Of a stretch of DNA of 64,000 nt, positions 1 to 13,900 are shown piece by piece; within the stretch, counting starts at the first letter, position 1; the number at the start of each line of letters is the position of its first letter. The stretch lies in the NCBI RefSeq assembly GCF_009914755.1, contig NC_060944.1; one strand, given 5' to 3'. Source of the stretch: the human T2T-CHM13v2.0 reference genome, Homo sapiens. The translations under genes and the position numbers were made by a program. The notes below the pieces were generated by a model. It was not told the DNA's origin, made no database searches, and saw nothing but the letters and a program-made list of their open reading frames with translations.

Positions 1-1097
1 TCTGATGAGTCAGAGCCCCGTGTGTGCATTTTACCAGTTCCACTTGGAGGGAAACTTTATTTGCAGGGCATTACATTGGGGCAGGAAGGGTTGGGGGAGC
101 AGACATCACCATCCCTCCAGCCTGCCCCCTAGACATCGCACTGCTTCCCTTAGCAGCTATGGAAACCACTCCGACCAGAGAGGGGAAGGGACTTGCCCAA
201 GGCCACACTGTTCAGAGGCTGCACAGGACTGCAGTCCTGGCTTCCGATTTCCCACTGGGGTGTGGATGAAGCATGCGGGACACACGAGACATAGGGATTA
301 GAGGCTCCAGGTCCAAAGGGCAGGGACGGTGCCAGTCTTGGTCACTCACTGCTCACTTGTCTGTCCCCAGCTCCAGCACAGGAGCTGACATGCAGGCCTG
401 AATGGATAAAGACGATAAGGAAGGCAAGACTGGGAGGGATCTCTGTGGAAGACTTCCAGGAGGGGCCGGGGTTGGGCCAAAGGGGAGTGGGGCTTGGACC
501 AGCAGAGAGGAGATGGTGGTACTGCGTGGGCAGGTGTGTGGAGGAGGGAGGAAACCTGGCCTGCTGAGGAGAGAAATGGGTCTGGGAGCAGGCCAGCCAG
601 CCAGAGGGGATGAGTCTGGGCGTGGCCAGAGCAGACCAAGGAGGCTCCAGGCTCCGCCTCTGGGGCAGCCCCACTCCCCCACCAGCCCCCCGTCCCCCAG
701 CCCCACCACAGAGCCCTGCCTGGGTAATTCCTGAACAGGAACAGAAGGAGGAAGCTGTACAAGTGACACTCAGCTGGTGAGTGGGAGGCAGGGTTTGGTT
801 TCCTTTCCAGATGAGCCCTGGGTTTGTTCAGCCCTGGTGCGTGCCCCCACCCCTGCCCCTCCCCTGCTGTCTGTGGCCTTGGCTCAGGCACTGGTGAATC
901 TCAGAGGCCAGGCAGGCCAGAAAGGAGCCATCCAGGCCAGGAAATGGGGAGGTCCTGTTGCGTGGGAATCCCCTGGGAGGGTGGCTTGACGTGTCCCCTT
1001 CTCTCTCGGACCAGACTGTGAGAACTGAAAGCTGGGACCGCAGCTTTCACATCCTTCCGGTGTGGCAAAGTCCTTTCCATCCTTCAGGACCCAATCT

Positions 1098-1396
1098 ATT
1101 TTATTTTTTTACTTTGGAGATGGGATCTTGCTTTGCTGCCCAGGCTGCAGTGTAGTGGCACAATCATGGCTCACTGCAGCCTCAAACTCCTGGGCTCAAG
1201 TGATCCTCCTGCCTCAACCTCCTGAGTAGCTGGAGTACAGGCACACCTACCATGCCTGGCTAATTTTTAATCATTTTTGTAGATACGGGGCCTCGCTGTG
1301 TTGCCCAGGCTGGTCTCAAACTCCTGGGCTCAAGTGATCCTCCTGCCTCACCCTCCCAAAATGTTGGGATTACAGGCGTGAGCCATTGCACCCAGC
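1098..1396 (-). mobile_element. Alu (AluJ-like)
   Basis: T-rich tail then reverse-complement Alu dimer (gctcactgcagcctcaaactcctgggctcaag...gggattacaggcgtgagcc). Confidence 0.93.
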
Positions 1397-2184
1397 AGAG
1401 ACTCAATCTAAATGTCCCTCGTTTGGTAAACTCTCCGAGAATCCCCTATCAAGGCAAACTGACAAATGCTCCCCACCCCCGAACTCCTGTAGCACTCAGA
1501 ACACACTTAAAAATAAAAAGAATCACTGTTTATTGGGTGTCCACAATGCACAGGGTCTCACATTTCACCTCCTTGTTGTACCTCTCAGCATCACTGACAG
1601 TTGGCACCATCCTTAGTTCCATTTTACTGAGCAGCTCAGTGGGGCACAGGGAGGTTGCAGGGTTGCAGGCAGTGGGGCTGGGTCTCCTGGATACCAAAGT
1701 GTGTCGCTCTCTGGCCCTCCTGCTCATAGTGTTTCAGGGTCTGTTTCCTCTTCTGGCTTGGAGCCTTCAAAGGGCAGAGTCTGTGTCCCTGGAGACCTGG
1801 CCTTGGGGAGGTGTTGACCCATGGACAAATCTTTGAACCTCCCCACCAGCCTTCACCATGATGAGGACCTAGGCTGGTGCCTTGTATACAGTAGGCTGTT
1901 ACTGAATTCTTGTGACATTGAGAAAGCTTGATCTTAGTCCAGGCTCTGTCATAAACTTGCAGTTTGAGTTTGGGCAAGTCACTTCTATTCTCTGGTCCTA
2001 AGTTTCCCTGGGTTTAGAAGGAAATGTTTACAGACAAGTGTCTTAACTTCCTCCCTGTCCGAAAATTCAGTCCTTTGCTCTAGAACATGGCACATACCCC
2101 ACACTCAATTTCCCTTATTATTATTGTTATATTAAGTTTTTTTTTTCTCAAGTGGGCTTGCTAGGGAATCCCTGATTATTAATA

Positions 2185-3560
<1,376 letters not shown>

Positions 3561-3955
3561 GGTTCCTGCACTGCAAAGGCACCGCCCCCACCCCTCTTTC
3601 CACCCTGAACTCTTTAGAAGGGAGCCACCAAGCACAGCCCACATCTAGGGACTGGGGAGTAATGTTCCTCTCCTTGAGGGTGGAGTATAGTGTGAATATT
3701 TTTTCTTCTATCTACTTTTCAAAGTACTCCCACAAAACATTGCTACATTGCATCTTCCCAATGCTTAGGAAATGTGGAGGATGGAGGCATTCCATTGAGG
3801 TGGAGGCCAGTGCTCAGAGGGGCAGCAGTGGTTCCCTGCCCGGCCCCTGTGGATCTGGCCTTTTGCTCTTGGATGTGAAATATGCGAGCTTTGAGGTTCA
3901 CAGACCCGGGTAGCACAGAACCGCAGCACCTGAGTTCCAGATTCAGGAAGGCTTA

Positions 3956-4364
<409 letters not shown>

Positions 4365-5117
4365 TAACAATAGCTAGCTCCTACCTTGTTGCGTTGTGAA
4401 GAATGAACTAGATGCTACATCCAGAGTCCCTGGAAGCGATTCCCTGCTCAGGAAACTCCTTGCACCAGGACTGTGAGCCATGGTGATTATTTTTACAATG
4501 ATTCTTTCAGCCCTCCTGTCGTGACCGTCTCCTCTCTGTGCGGCAGGTTTCTCACCCCCTGTGGACTGTGGGGTCACAGCTCTAGCTGCAGATTTCCGGC
4601 TGCCCTCTGCCCTCCCATCAGGCCAGGCAGATCAAGGGCCCAGCCTCCTTTCATCTTTTCTCACAAACATTCTGGGATGTGGCGGAAGGAGGCCTGGGCT
4701 GGGGTGGGATGGTGGCTCTGCCTGCCAGCAACTCTCTGTGTGACCTTGGGAGAATGCTTGTCCTTCTCTGGGCCTCTTCTGCAGCCTGAGGGGAGTGAGG
4801 TGTTGAGCGTACTTGGCCGTCATGCGAGCCCAGTGGGGCCAGGCGTCTCCCCCATTTTCACATGGGCAGGTCTTTTCTGCCTTTGACGTCTGTGTTTTGT
4901 CTCCAGATTCTGGGCTGGGTAGAGACACACTTGAGCCTGAGGTTCCCCATCTGTGAACCGGCCACACAGCCCAGAAGGTCCGGCTGTGAGGGTTTGAATG
5001 TGTGGGGCTGTGCTCAGTGGTTAATGCCGTTTGAAGGTCACCACTCAGGCGCCACCTGCTCAGGTGCTGCTGTCACCATCTCTTCCCTGACGGGGGCACA
5101 TTTGTTATGATTAATGA

Positions 5118-5441
<324 letters not shown>

Positions 5442-5677
5442 TGATACATTATTATAATTGAAGTCCATGCTTTAGTCAGACTTCCTAAGTCTTTCCCTAA
5501 TGTCTTTTTTCTGCCCCAGGATCATGTCTCCTCTTTGCTCTGATAGTTTTTCAGATTTTTCTTTTCTGCCTTTGACACCCATGTTTTGGACGCCCCTCCC
5601 GGTGCTGGCCGCTGGGGGAGAACAAGCTCATCTGCTCCTGGCTCCTGACTCCCATGGGGTTGGGGATGCTTCTCTAG

Positions 5678-6643
<966 letters not shown>

Positions 6644-8397
6644 TAGTAGATGCTCAATAAATGACCACTGCAGGAGGAAGGAAGAGTGAAGCCAAGCCAA
6701 GGACTAGGGGGTGGGGAACCTTCTGGGCAGAGGGATCAGCAAGTGCAAAGGCCTCAGGACAGGGACTGCTTGTGGAGGGACAGCAGGAGGCAGGTAGAGG
6801 AGGGGAGGAGACCAGGGCCTGCACAGCACGACATCTCTGTGTAAACTGTGAAGTGCAGTGCCAGGGGAGGTGCCAAGCCCATTCCACAGACTCAGGCTAG
6901 AGCCCATCCCCCACCCACCCTGTCCTGTAGCCCTGAGCCTGGTGGCTTCAACTAGACCACTCACAGCACACCATGTGGAGAATGGCAGAACTGTTCTGGA
7001 GTTTCCCACTGAGGCCTGTGATGGGTCCAGTTTCCTGGCTGCTGCAGCAAGGGTGAGCTGGGCTGGGGCTGGGCATAGCAGATCAGCCATCATTGAGCCA
7101 GGGTCACCAGGGCACTAGGTGTGCTGTGGGCAGCACCTCTGATCCCATGTCATGGGACAACTCTGGCTCGTGGGTTCACTGCCAGTCGTGGAGGGCCAGG
7201 CCTCACCCTACCCCCTCCACCCTGCCCTCAGTTGTGGCTTTGGCCCACCCAGGTTGAGGGAAGGAGGGAAGAGGAGGTTTCTGGAGACAGAGGACTATAC
7301 AACCAGCACTCACCATCTCAGCAATGTTGACGTCAATAGCATCTATCATCTGCTGGGTGCTTTTGGGTTGGGAAGTGGTTCCTGTTGGTGTTCTAAGACT
7401 GGCCTGGGGCCATATATACAGTTGGTAGTCAATAAATGCTTGCTGTCCATTAACGATGATTTGCAGGAATTAAGCAATGAGTTGCTGCTTTACCAACAAA
7501 GAATGTTTTAAGCAAAATAATTTGCACAAAGAGTCACTTATCTACCAGGCCAGACCAGCAACTCCCAACTGCACAATCCTGGAACTTGCCAGGGTTGTTA
7601 CCCTCGTTTTACTGATGAGTAAACTGAGGCCCAGAGAAGGCAGGTTCACATAGTCACTGAAGGGAAGAGCTGGAACTTGAACTCTTGTCTGTAGGTCCCA
7701 AGTCAGTGTGTGCTGCCTGGCCAACTGGGCAGTGCCTGCTCCGTGCTGGGCATGGGCCAGGCCTTGGTCACTGCCCTCAGGGTGGGGACAGACACACTCA
7801 GAACGGACTTAGCACGTGCCTCCATCAGGGCGTGTCAGGAAGCATGTTGTGGAGAAGGTGGCGTTTACTCTGGACTTTGAAGAACAAGGCGAGGTAGCCA
7901 GGGACAGGGGCTGAGCCTTCCTGGCAGGGGTTACAGCCTAGCAAAAGCCCAGAGGGGTAGTTAAAAATAAAGAGTGCTTCAAACGCTCAATAATGGAACC
8001 ATTGTGCTGGCCACATCCTCCTGAGAACCTCAGCCGCTGAGCCAGGCCCTTGAAGTCGGCAGTGGCTTCAGGTGGGAAGCTGCATCTGTGCTTGCAGAAC
8101 CTTTACTTGTCTAAGTTGCCTCCTCTCTGATAAGAGCATGTAGGGTATGAATGAGAAAGAGATTTCACATGTGCTGAGCGGGCATCACCTCATTTCATCC
8201 TTACATGCGTCTTCTGGGGGCTGTGATATCTTTAGCCCACTCTGCAGGTTGGCATACTGAGGCTTCTTACATTATCTGCAAAGTGGCAGAGTTGAGACTT
8301 GAACCTGGGTCTGGTCCAAAATCTGTGCTTTTAAGCTCTCTGTCATCCCAGTTCTCGAAAAGCCCAGAATTTTCTGTTGAACTCCTGGGGATGAGTT

Positions 8398-8605
8398 TAG
8401 TGATGTGCTCGTACATATTGAATAACCAGCTCTCTGGAAGAAAAAAGAGGCTTGATTGGTAGCGTATTCCGATGTCCAAGGGGTAAATACTCCCACTGTG
8501 GCTGACATGGAGCTATCAGTGTGACATTCTTGAATATGGAGTTGGGAAGAGATGAGCACAGTTGGTTCTTGCAAGTAGGTAAGGGCCAGCTCCAGCGTGT
8601 CACTG
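8398..8605. mobile_element. MER63-like (hAT) non-autonomous DNA transposon, ~208 bp
   Basis: Imperfect terminal inverted repeats tagtgatgtgct (8398) / agcgtgtcactg (8594-8605); internal gagttgggaagagatgagcacagttggttcttgcaag resembles remembered MER63 consensus; TSD not recognisable. Confidence 0.5.
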
Positions 8606-8737
8606 GGTAAATGTCCCTGCCTCCCCCCCGAGCCCAGTATGGCCAGTAAAGGCCTTTAGACATGTCTAAGGAATGGAAGAGGGCTGAGAAACCTGCTCCT
8701 CCAGCTGGGGGCCCGCCCTGAGCCCTGGGAAGCTGCG

Positions 8738-8750
8738 GTTAATCTTTAAG
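8738..8750 (+). promoter_or_regulatory. HNF1 binding site of the SRC 1alpha promoter
   Basis: GTTAATCTTTAAG vs HNF1 consensus GTTAATNATTAAC, directly upstream of the alternative first exon; a GC box (cccgccc 8712-8718) lies upstream. The SRC distal promoter is known to be HNF1-dependent. Confidence 0.85.
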
Positions 8751-8759
8751 CCAGCCTTG

Positions 8760-8962
8760 CAAACAAGTGCGGCCATTTCACCAGCCCAGGCTGGCTTCTG
8801 CTGTTGACTGGCTGTGGCACCTCAAGCAGCCCCTTTCCCCTCTAGCCTCAGTTTATCACCGCAAGAGCTACCATTCATCTAGCACAACCTGACCATCCTC
8901 ACACTGGTCAGTTCCAACCTTCCCAGGAATCTTCTGTGGCCATGTTCACTCCGGTTTTACAG
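8760..8962 (+). other. SRC: SRC alternative non-coding first exon 1alpha (start approximate)
   Basis: Follows the HNF1 site; ends at strong donor ttttacAG|gtgagg; sequence matches my recollection of an SRC mRNA 5' end. Confidence 0.85.
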
Positions 8963-9045
8963 GTGAGGGGGCTGGGCTGGGAAGCTGATCGACTTGTCCA
9001 CCCCACAGCAGAGGGGCAGCTAGCCTAGATGCGAACCTAGATCAG
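8864..9045 (-). mobile_element. Degenerate MIR overlapping the exon 1alpha 3' half and donor
   Basis: agctaccattcatctagcac ... ccggttttacag-gtgagg ... gacttgtcca..ccacagc ... ggcag..agcctagatgcgaacctag resembles reverse-complement MIR (agctaccatttattgagcac ... ccccattttacagatgagg ... aacttgcccaaggtcacacagc ... ggcagagccgggattcgaacccagg). Confidence 0.6.
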
Positions 9046-9729
9046 TGTAGAGTAAGGCTTTGCTCATTCCTGGTCTCCTGGAAGGTATGTTGTACCCAGA
9101 GGCCTTTGCCTTCCACATTCTAGGGTGCTCCTCCCAGCTCCTCTCAGCAGGGACCTTTGCCCAGGGAATAGAAGCCTGACCTGTCTGGGCCTTAATTTCC
9201 CATCTGTGAAATGGGAGAACTTTCAAAGAAGGAATATGGAGGCAGGTGTGATATTTAAAGCTGGACCCAGGCCCACCTTTCCCTGTGCTAGGATTCCAGG
9301 ACAGGTAAGGAGCCAAGGGTGGGGTGCCCAGCCCCAAAAGGATAGCCCTGGAGCCTGCGCCAGGGGGTAAGAGGGGAGTCTTTGTGGCCTAAAGCAGCAT
9401 TTCCTCAATGTCCCGTTTTTCTGCTACATTTCCTGCCCTGGTTCAGAGGTACTTAGCCTCTTTACTTACTTGGAAGTGTGACTGCCACTCAGATGCCCTG
9501 GTCAGCCCCTCCTAAGCAGTAATAATTAGAACTAGGGGACTTCCGATGGGCTGCCAGGGATGTTTTGCCCTTATGCACTTAAAATGAACCCGTAACTATT
9601 AAAATAAATGTCGCTCCTCCCCACCCTGTCCCTCCTGCCCCAGCCCCTACTTTGAGAAACTCAGGTCAAGGCTAAAGTCCAAGGCCTGGTTCTTGTCAGT
9701 GCCTCAGTTTCCCCATCTGTAAAGTGGGG

Positions 9730-10900
9730 CGATCTTCCGCCGCTCAGGCCAGGTGGTGGTTAGGATTAAACCCTGAAGTCGACCTGAGCAGCTTAGCATG
9801 GCGCCTGGCCCAGAGCGGGCGCTCCACGCCCGCTGATATTATTACCAATCGTGATTTCGGGAGAGGCGGATCTGGGGCGTAGAAGGTGGGTGGGTTGGGG
9901 AGGGCATTTTGGCCTGGGGGCGGATGGGGCCCGCGGGGTGCGGCGCCCTGGCGGAGTGGGAGGCGGGGCTTCTGTGCCCGGTGTCCCCACCCCGCCCGGA
10001 CCCCCAGCTCGGGCCGCCCCTGGGTCTCTCCCGGGTCACCGGCGGGGAATCCGTCCCCGCGCGCTTCCTCCTTCCTCCTCCTCCCGGCTGCCTGCCGGGC
10101 CCCTCCTCCCAGCTCGCGCGCTCCCTCCCTCCTCTTCCCCTCCCCGGGCCGCCGCCGCCTCCTCCTCCTCCTCCTCCCTTTCTCTCTCGATCTGTCTCTC
10201 CCGGCCCGGAATCCATTCCGGCCTGGGAGCCGGAGCGGCCAGGCCGCCGTCTGCCCGTCCCGCTGGACGTCCCGCGGTCCGCCCTCCCGTGCGTCCGTCT
10301 GCCGGTGAGCCCGCCCGCCCGCCGGCCCAGGTGAGCGCCCCCCGCCCCTCCGCGGACCCCCCGCCCCGGCCAGCGCGGGGGAGCCCCCGCCCCGGACCAC
10401 CCTGGCGTCGGATCGCGGGCCGGCGGGGACTCCTGTCCACCCCCCCAATTCCCACCCCCCCTCCGGGCCAAGCCGCGATACCCAAGCGCCGGGCGGGCGC
10501 ACGGGGCCATGCCCGGCGCGGCCTTTTGTTGTGATGCAGCGGGGGGAGGGGGCTGGGCGGGGGGGGCGCAGGGTTCCTGGCTGCGTGGGGACCCCCTCCA
10601 GCTCATGCTCCCCATAGGATCCCCCAGAGAAGCCAGCGAGCTGGGCCCTAGCCCCCGGGCCAGGTCTAGGCCAAATCTGAAATCTGAGCCAGTCGGCGCC
10701 GCCTCTGCCTGGGCTGCCCGGCCCTGCGCCCCCCGGCCCCGGGTGGGAGGTGGGGGGATCGGCAGGGCGGGCTGAGGGGCCCCGGGGTCAGGGCGCCAGG
10801 CCGAACTGCCAGGACCTCCCTGCCCTCGTGGGGCCTCGGGTAGGGCCTGGTGCTGCCGGCCTGGAAGGGACTGGGCCAGACTGCGTTTGGTCTCCCCTGC
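9730..10900. promoter_or_regulatory. CpG island / TATA-less SRC 1A housekeeping promoter
   Basis: Dense CpG and very high GC; GC boxes (gggaggcggggc 9958-9969, cccgccc ~9991, ccgcccc ~10014); three polypyrimidine tracts at 10064-10085, 10121-10145 and 10158-10188. Confidence 0.92.
10229..10330 (+). other. SRC: SRC non-coding first exon 1A (start approximate)
   Basis: GC-rich, ATG-free segment downstream of the TC tracts ending at donor ccCAG|gtgagc (10330/10331). Confidence 0.87.
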
Positions 10901-13900
10901 CCACAGCCCCCAGCCTCGCCCCTGAGCAGGCCCAGCTACCAGCCGGCTCAGAAGTTGGCAAAAGTTTTGGGGGTTGGCCACCGGGCCAGGTCCACCTGTC
11001 TGCCTGGGCTGGGATTGGGGTGGGTTTGAGTCCCCACCAGGGCTGCCACTTGCCCTGCTGTGTGTCCTCAGACAACTGCCTGCCTCTCTGAGCTGGGTTC
11101 CTCATTGGTGGCAGGTGGGCCTGGCTGGAATTGCTAGGCTGGTGGAAGGATGGGGTGAACAGAAGGGGCTCACCTGTGTGGTATCCTTTCAGCCCCTGCG
11201 TCCTTCAGGTGGACTTAGGAGTGGACAGAGCCTGTGTGTGCCCCTGGGCAAGACCTCCTGAACTTCATGGACTCTGTACAATTTGGGGCAGTGGTTGCTG
11301 GGTCACCTGGGGTAAGTCCAGGCCCAGCCACAGCCACAGTGCAGCTGGGATCAGACTTGGTTTCAAGGGTGGGCCAGGCTGGTCCTGTTGCAGACCCTCT
11401 TCTCAGCCCCCTGGCTGGGGGATCAAGGCACCGAGTCTTCTTGTCTCACCCAGTGACCTGGGCCAAGAGACTGCCCCTCTAAGTCCCTATACGTGAAATG
11501 AGAATCCTCAGGCGAAGATTCTAAGCGCTTCTGCAGGTAGAGGCTTGGCGTGTAGTAGATGCTCAATAAATGAATTGTTCACTGGACACATTGGCTGAGA
11601 AAGATGGGTGAGATGTGAGGTTGCTGGCTAGTTCATTCTAGAAGAGGATGGGTTGGTGCCTTGAGAAAGAAATAGCCCTGGCACCGTCCTGCCAGCCAGC
11701 AGCTGGGTGACCGTAAGCAATTCACTTTTCCCTTCTGGCCTCAGTTTTGCCACATATAAAACTGGGCCAGTGGTAATGACAGCTGCCAACATCTACTGAA
11801 CACCTTTTAGGAGGTACAGACTCTTGTTTATCTTCATTTTGCTGATGGGGAAACTGAGGCTAAGAGAGGGGAAGTGACTTGACCAAGGCCCTATAGTTGG
11901 AAGCTGGAATGAAAGCCCAGACCTCAGAGACCACAGTCTGGCTGTCCCTGCATCCCTCCAGTGATGGGGCAGTGGAGGTTCGCAAGACAGGACTGCACAC
12001 ACAGCAGTGTCGGAAAAGACTGCTCTGCTGAGGGATTGAATGAAAGCCACGAGGCCTTTTTGGTGATGTGGTGATGTGGTCTTTCCACCCAAGGAAATGA
12101 TTTACAGTGTGTCACCTCTCTCAGCTGACTGCCTGCCTAGGCCCTCCCGCGTGCCCCTGGGCCTTTGCTCCTAAACTGTGTCCCTCCCAGAGTGCCCTCT
12201 CCTCCAGGTGCTGCTTATCTGCCCTTGCCCCGCCAGGCTTAGCTTAGGCCCCTCTCTTCTAGGAGGAAGGCCCGTGGCTCTCTCTCCCTGTCCCCTAGCT
12301 CTTGTTGGAGCATGACTTATCCACAGCTCAGCCTGGTTCCTGCTTTTGCTTCTCTGATTGTGACCAGGGGGGTGGGGTGGAGGGATGTCTGGCTCCCCCA
12401 AGCCCCAGGAACCAGAGAGGAGATGGCTCAGTGACCTGTTGAGGGACCTTCTGCCCATCTCCGTGGTCCTCAGCTGACCCCATTTTCTCAAACCTCCCCA
12501 TGTATAAGCATTTGTGACCCCTGTATTGAGCACCTGCTGCGTACCAGGAACTTGGAACTCGGGCTGAGCAGTATTGTGCTGGGGTTAGCAGGGAGTGGGA
12601 GCTGTGGGAGTCATGGAGGCTTCTAGAAGGTGGCAGGGCCTGAGCTGAGGACGAGCAAGAGTTCACTTGGCAAAGAAGGGGAGAGGGAGCTCTTTTTTCC
12701 CTTCCCAGGGGCCCTGAGGTGGTGGGGTGTGGTCAGCCTGGTTGGATACTTGCTGGGGAGCTGGGAACAGGTCCTTGGCCTCCCAGAAGTTTGAATCTGG
12801 AGGGTGAGCAAAGTTGCAAACAAGTTGCCAGTTGAGTTACTATATAATCACAGATATGATAAGGACTCAGGGAGAGAGGCCTAGGGTACACAGGAATCTT
12901 GAAGAGGGCATGTAGGGGTTGACCAGGCATGGAGTTAGGGAAAGGGCTTGCCAGGCAGCAGGAAGTGCATGTGCAAAGGCCCTGAGGTATGTGCCAAGAC
13001 GTGCTGTCATGGAGAATCAGTGGGGGAAGCTGTGAGGCTGGAGCGTGCACAATGAAGGGGAGTGGGTAAGAGGTAGAATGAGGGGGTGTATCAGCAGGGC
13101 TGGACCATGCTGGGGCCTTGTGGGCCCTGGGGAGGAGTTTGGCCTTCATTGTCACACAGGGGGCTGATCGGTGTCCCCTGTGTGAACAGCCCCAAGCTGG
13201 AGGCCAGAGGTACAGAGCTGACCAATAGAAATAGATCTGATGATAGACCTAGATCTGTAGGCTGGACTCCAAAATTTTATGGAGGCCTAGATCAGGTCTC
13301 AAGAGGAGCGGGTATTTGAGGCTGGGCTTTGGAAGTGGAGTAGGAGTTCACTAGCAGCAAGGCTGGAGAGGATGAGAGCCGGGGGTGTGGGAAGTGCAAT
13401 GCTGGGTGGCTGGAAGCTGGGAGTGAGGTAGGGAGCAGGGAGGGGTCAGCCCGAGAGATGGGGACCAAAGGTTTGGTAAGGGCTTAAGAGTCAGACAGGC
13501 CTGGGTTTATGTTCTGACCGTCCCACTTGCTGTGTGTCTTTGGATCATTTACTGTATCTTTTGAGAGACTTAGTTTCTTTGTCATGAAAATGGGGACAAC
13601 AGATACCTCCTTGTTGGATTAGGGTTAAAGGAGGGCTGTGTGCCCAGTGTCTGGCACCGGTAGGTACTTGGCAAATGGGACCTGCTTTGCGCTGTTGCAT
13701 TGGACAGGTCACTCGGCCTCTCTGGGTCTGGCCCTGCTAGCTCTGTGGTCAAGCCCTTGCCTGGGTGATCTCATGGAGTCTGAAGGTGCCGGTTGGGGCA
13801 GGGCTGGCTCGGGAGAGGATGTTGGCAGCCAAGGCCGCCAATGTGCAGGGTGACTTTGAGTCCTGCCCTGCCCTCTCTTTGCCTTCTCTGTGTATGAAGA

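Noticed and set aside
9744-10981. Long overlapping ORFs on both strands (up to 379 aa) at the CpG island
   Set aside because: Pro/Gly/Arg/Ala-rich, open in several frames, no domain motifs; expected from stop-codon scarcity in very GC-rich DNA.
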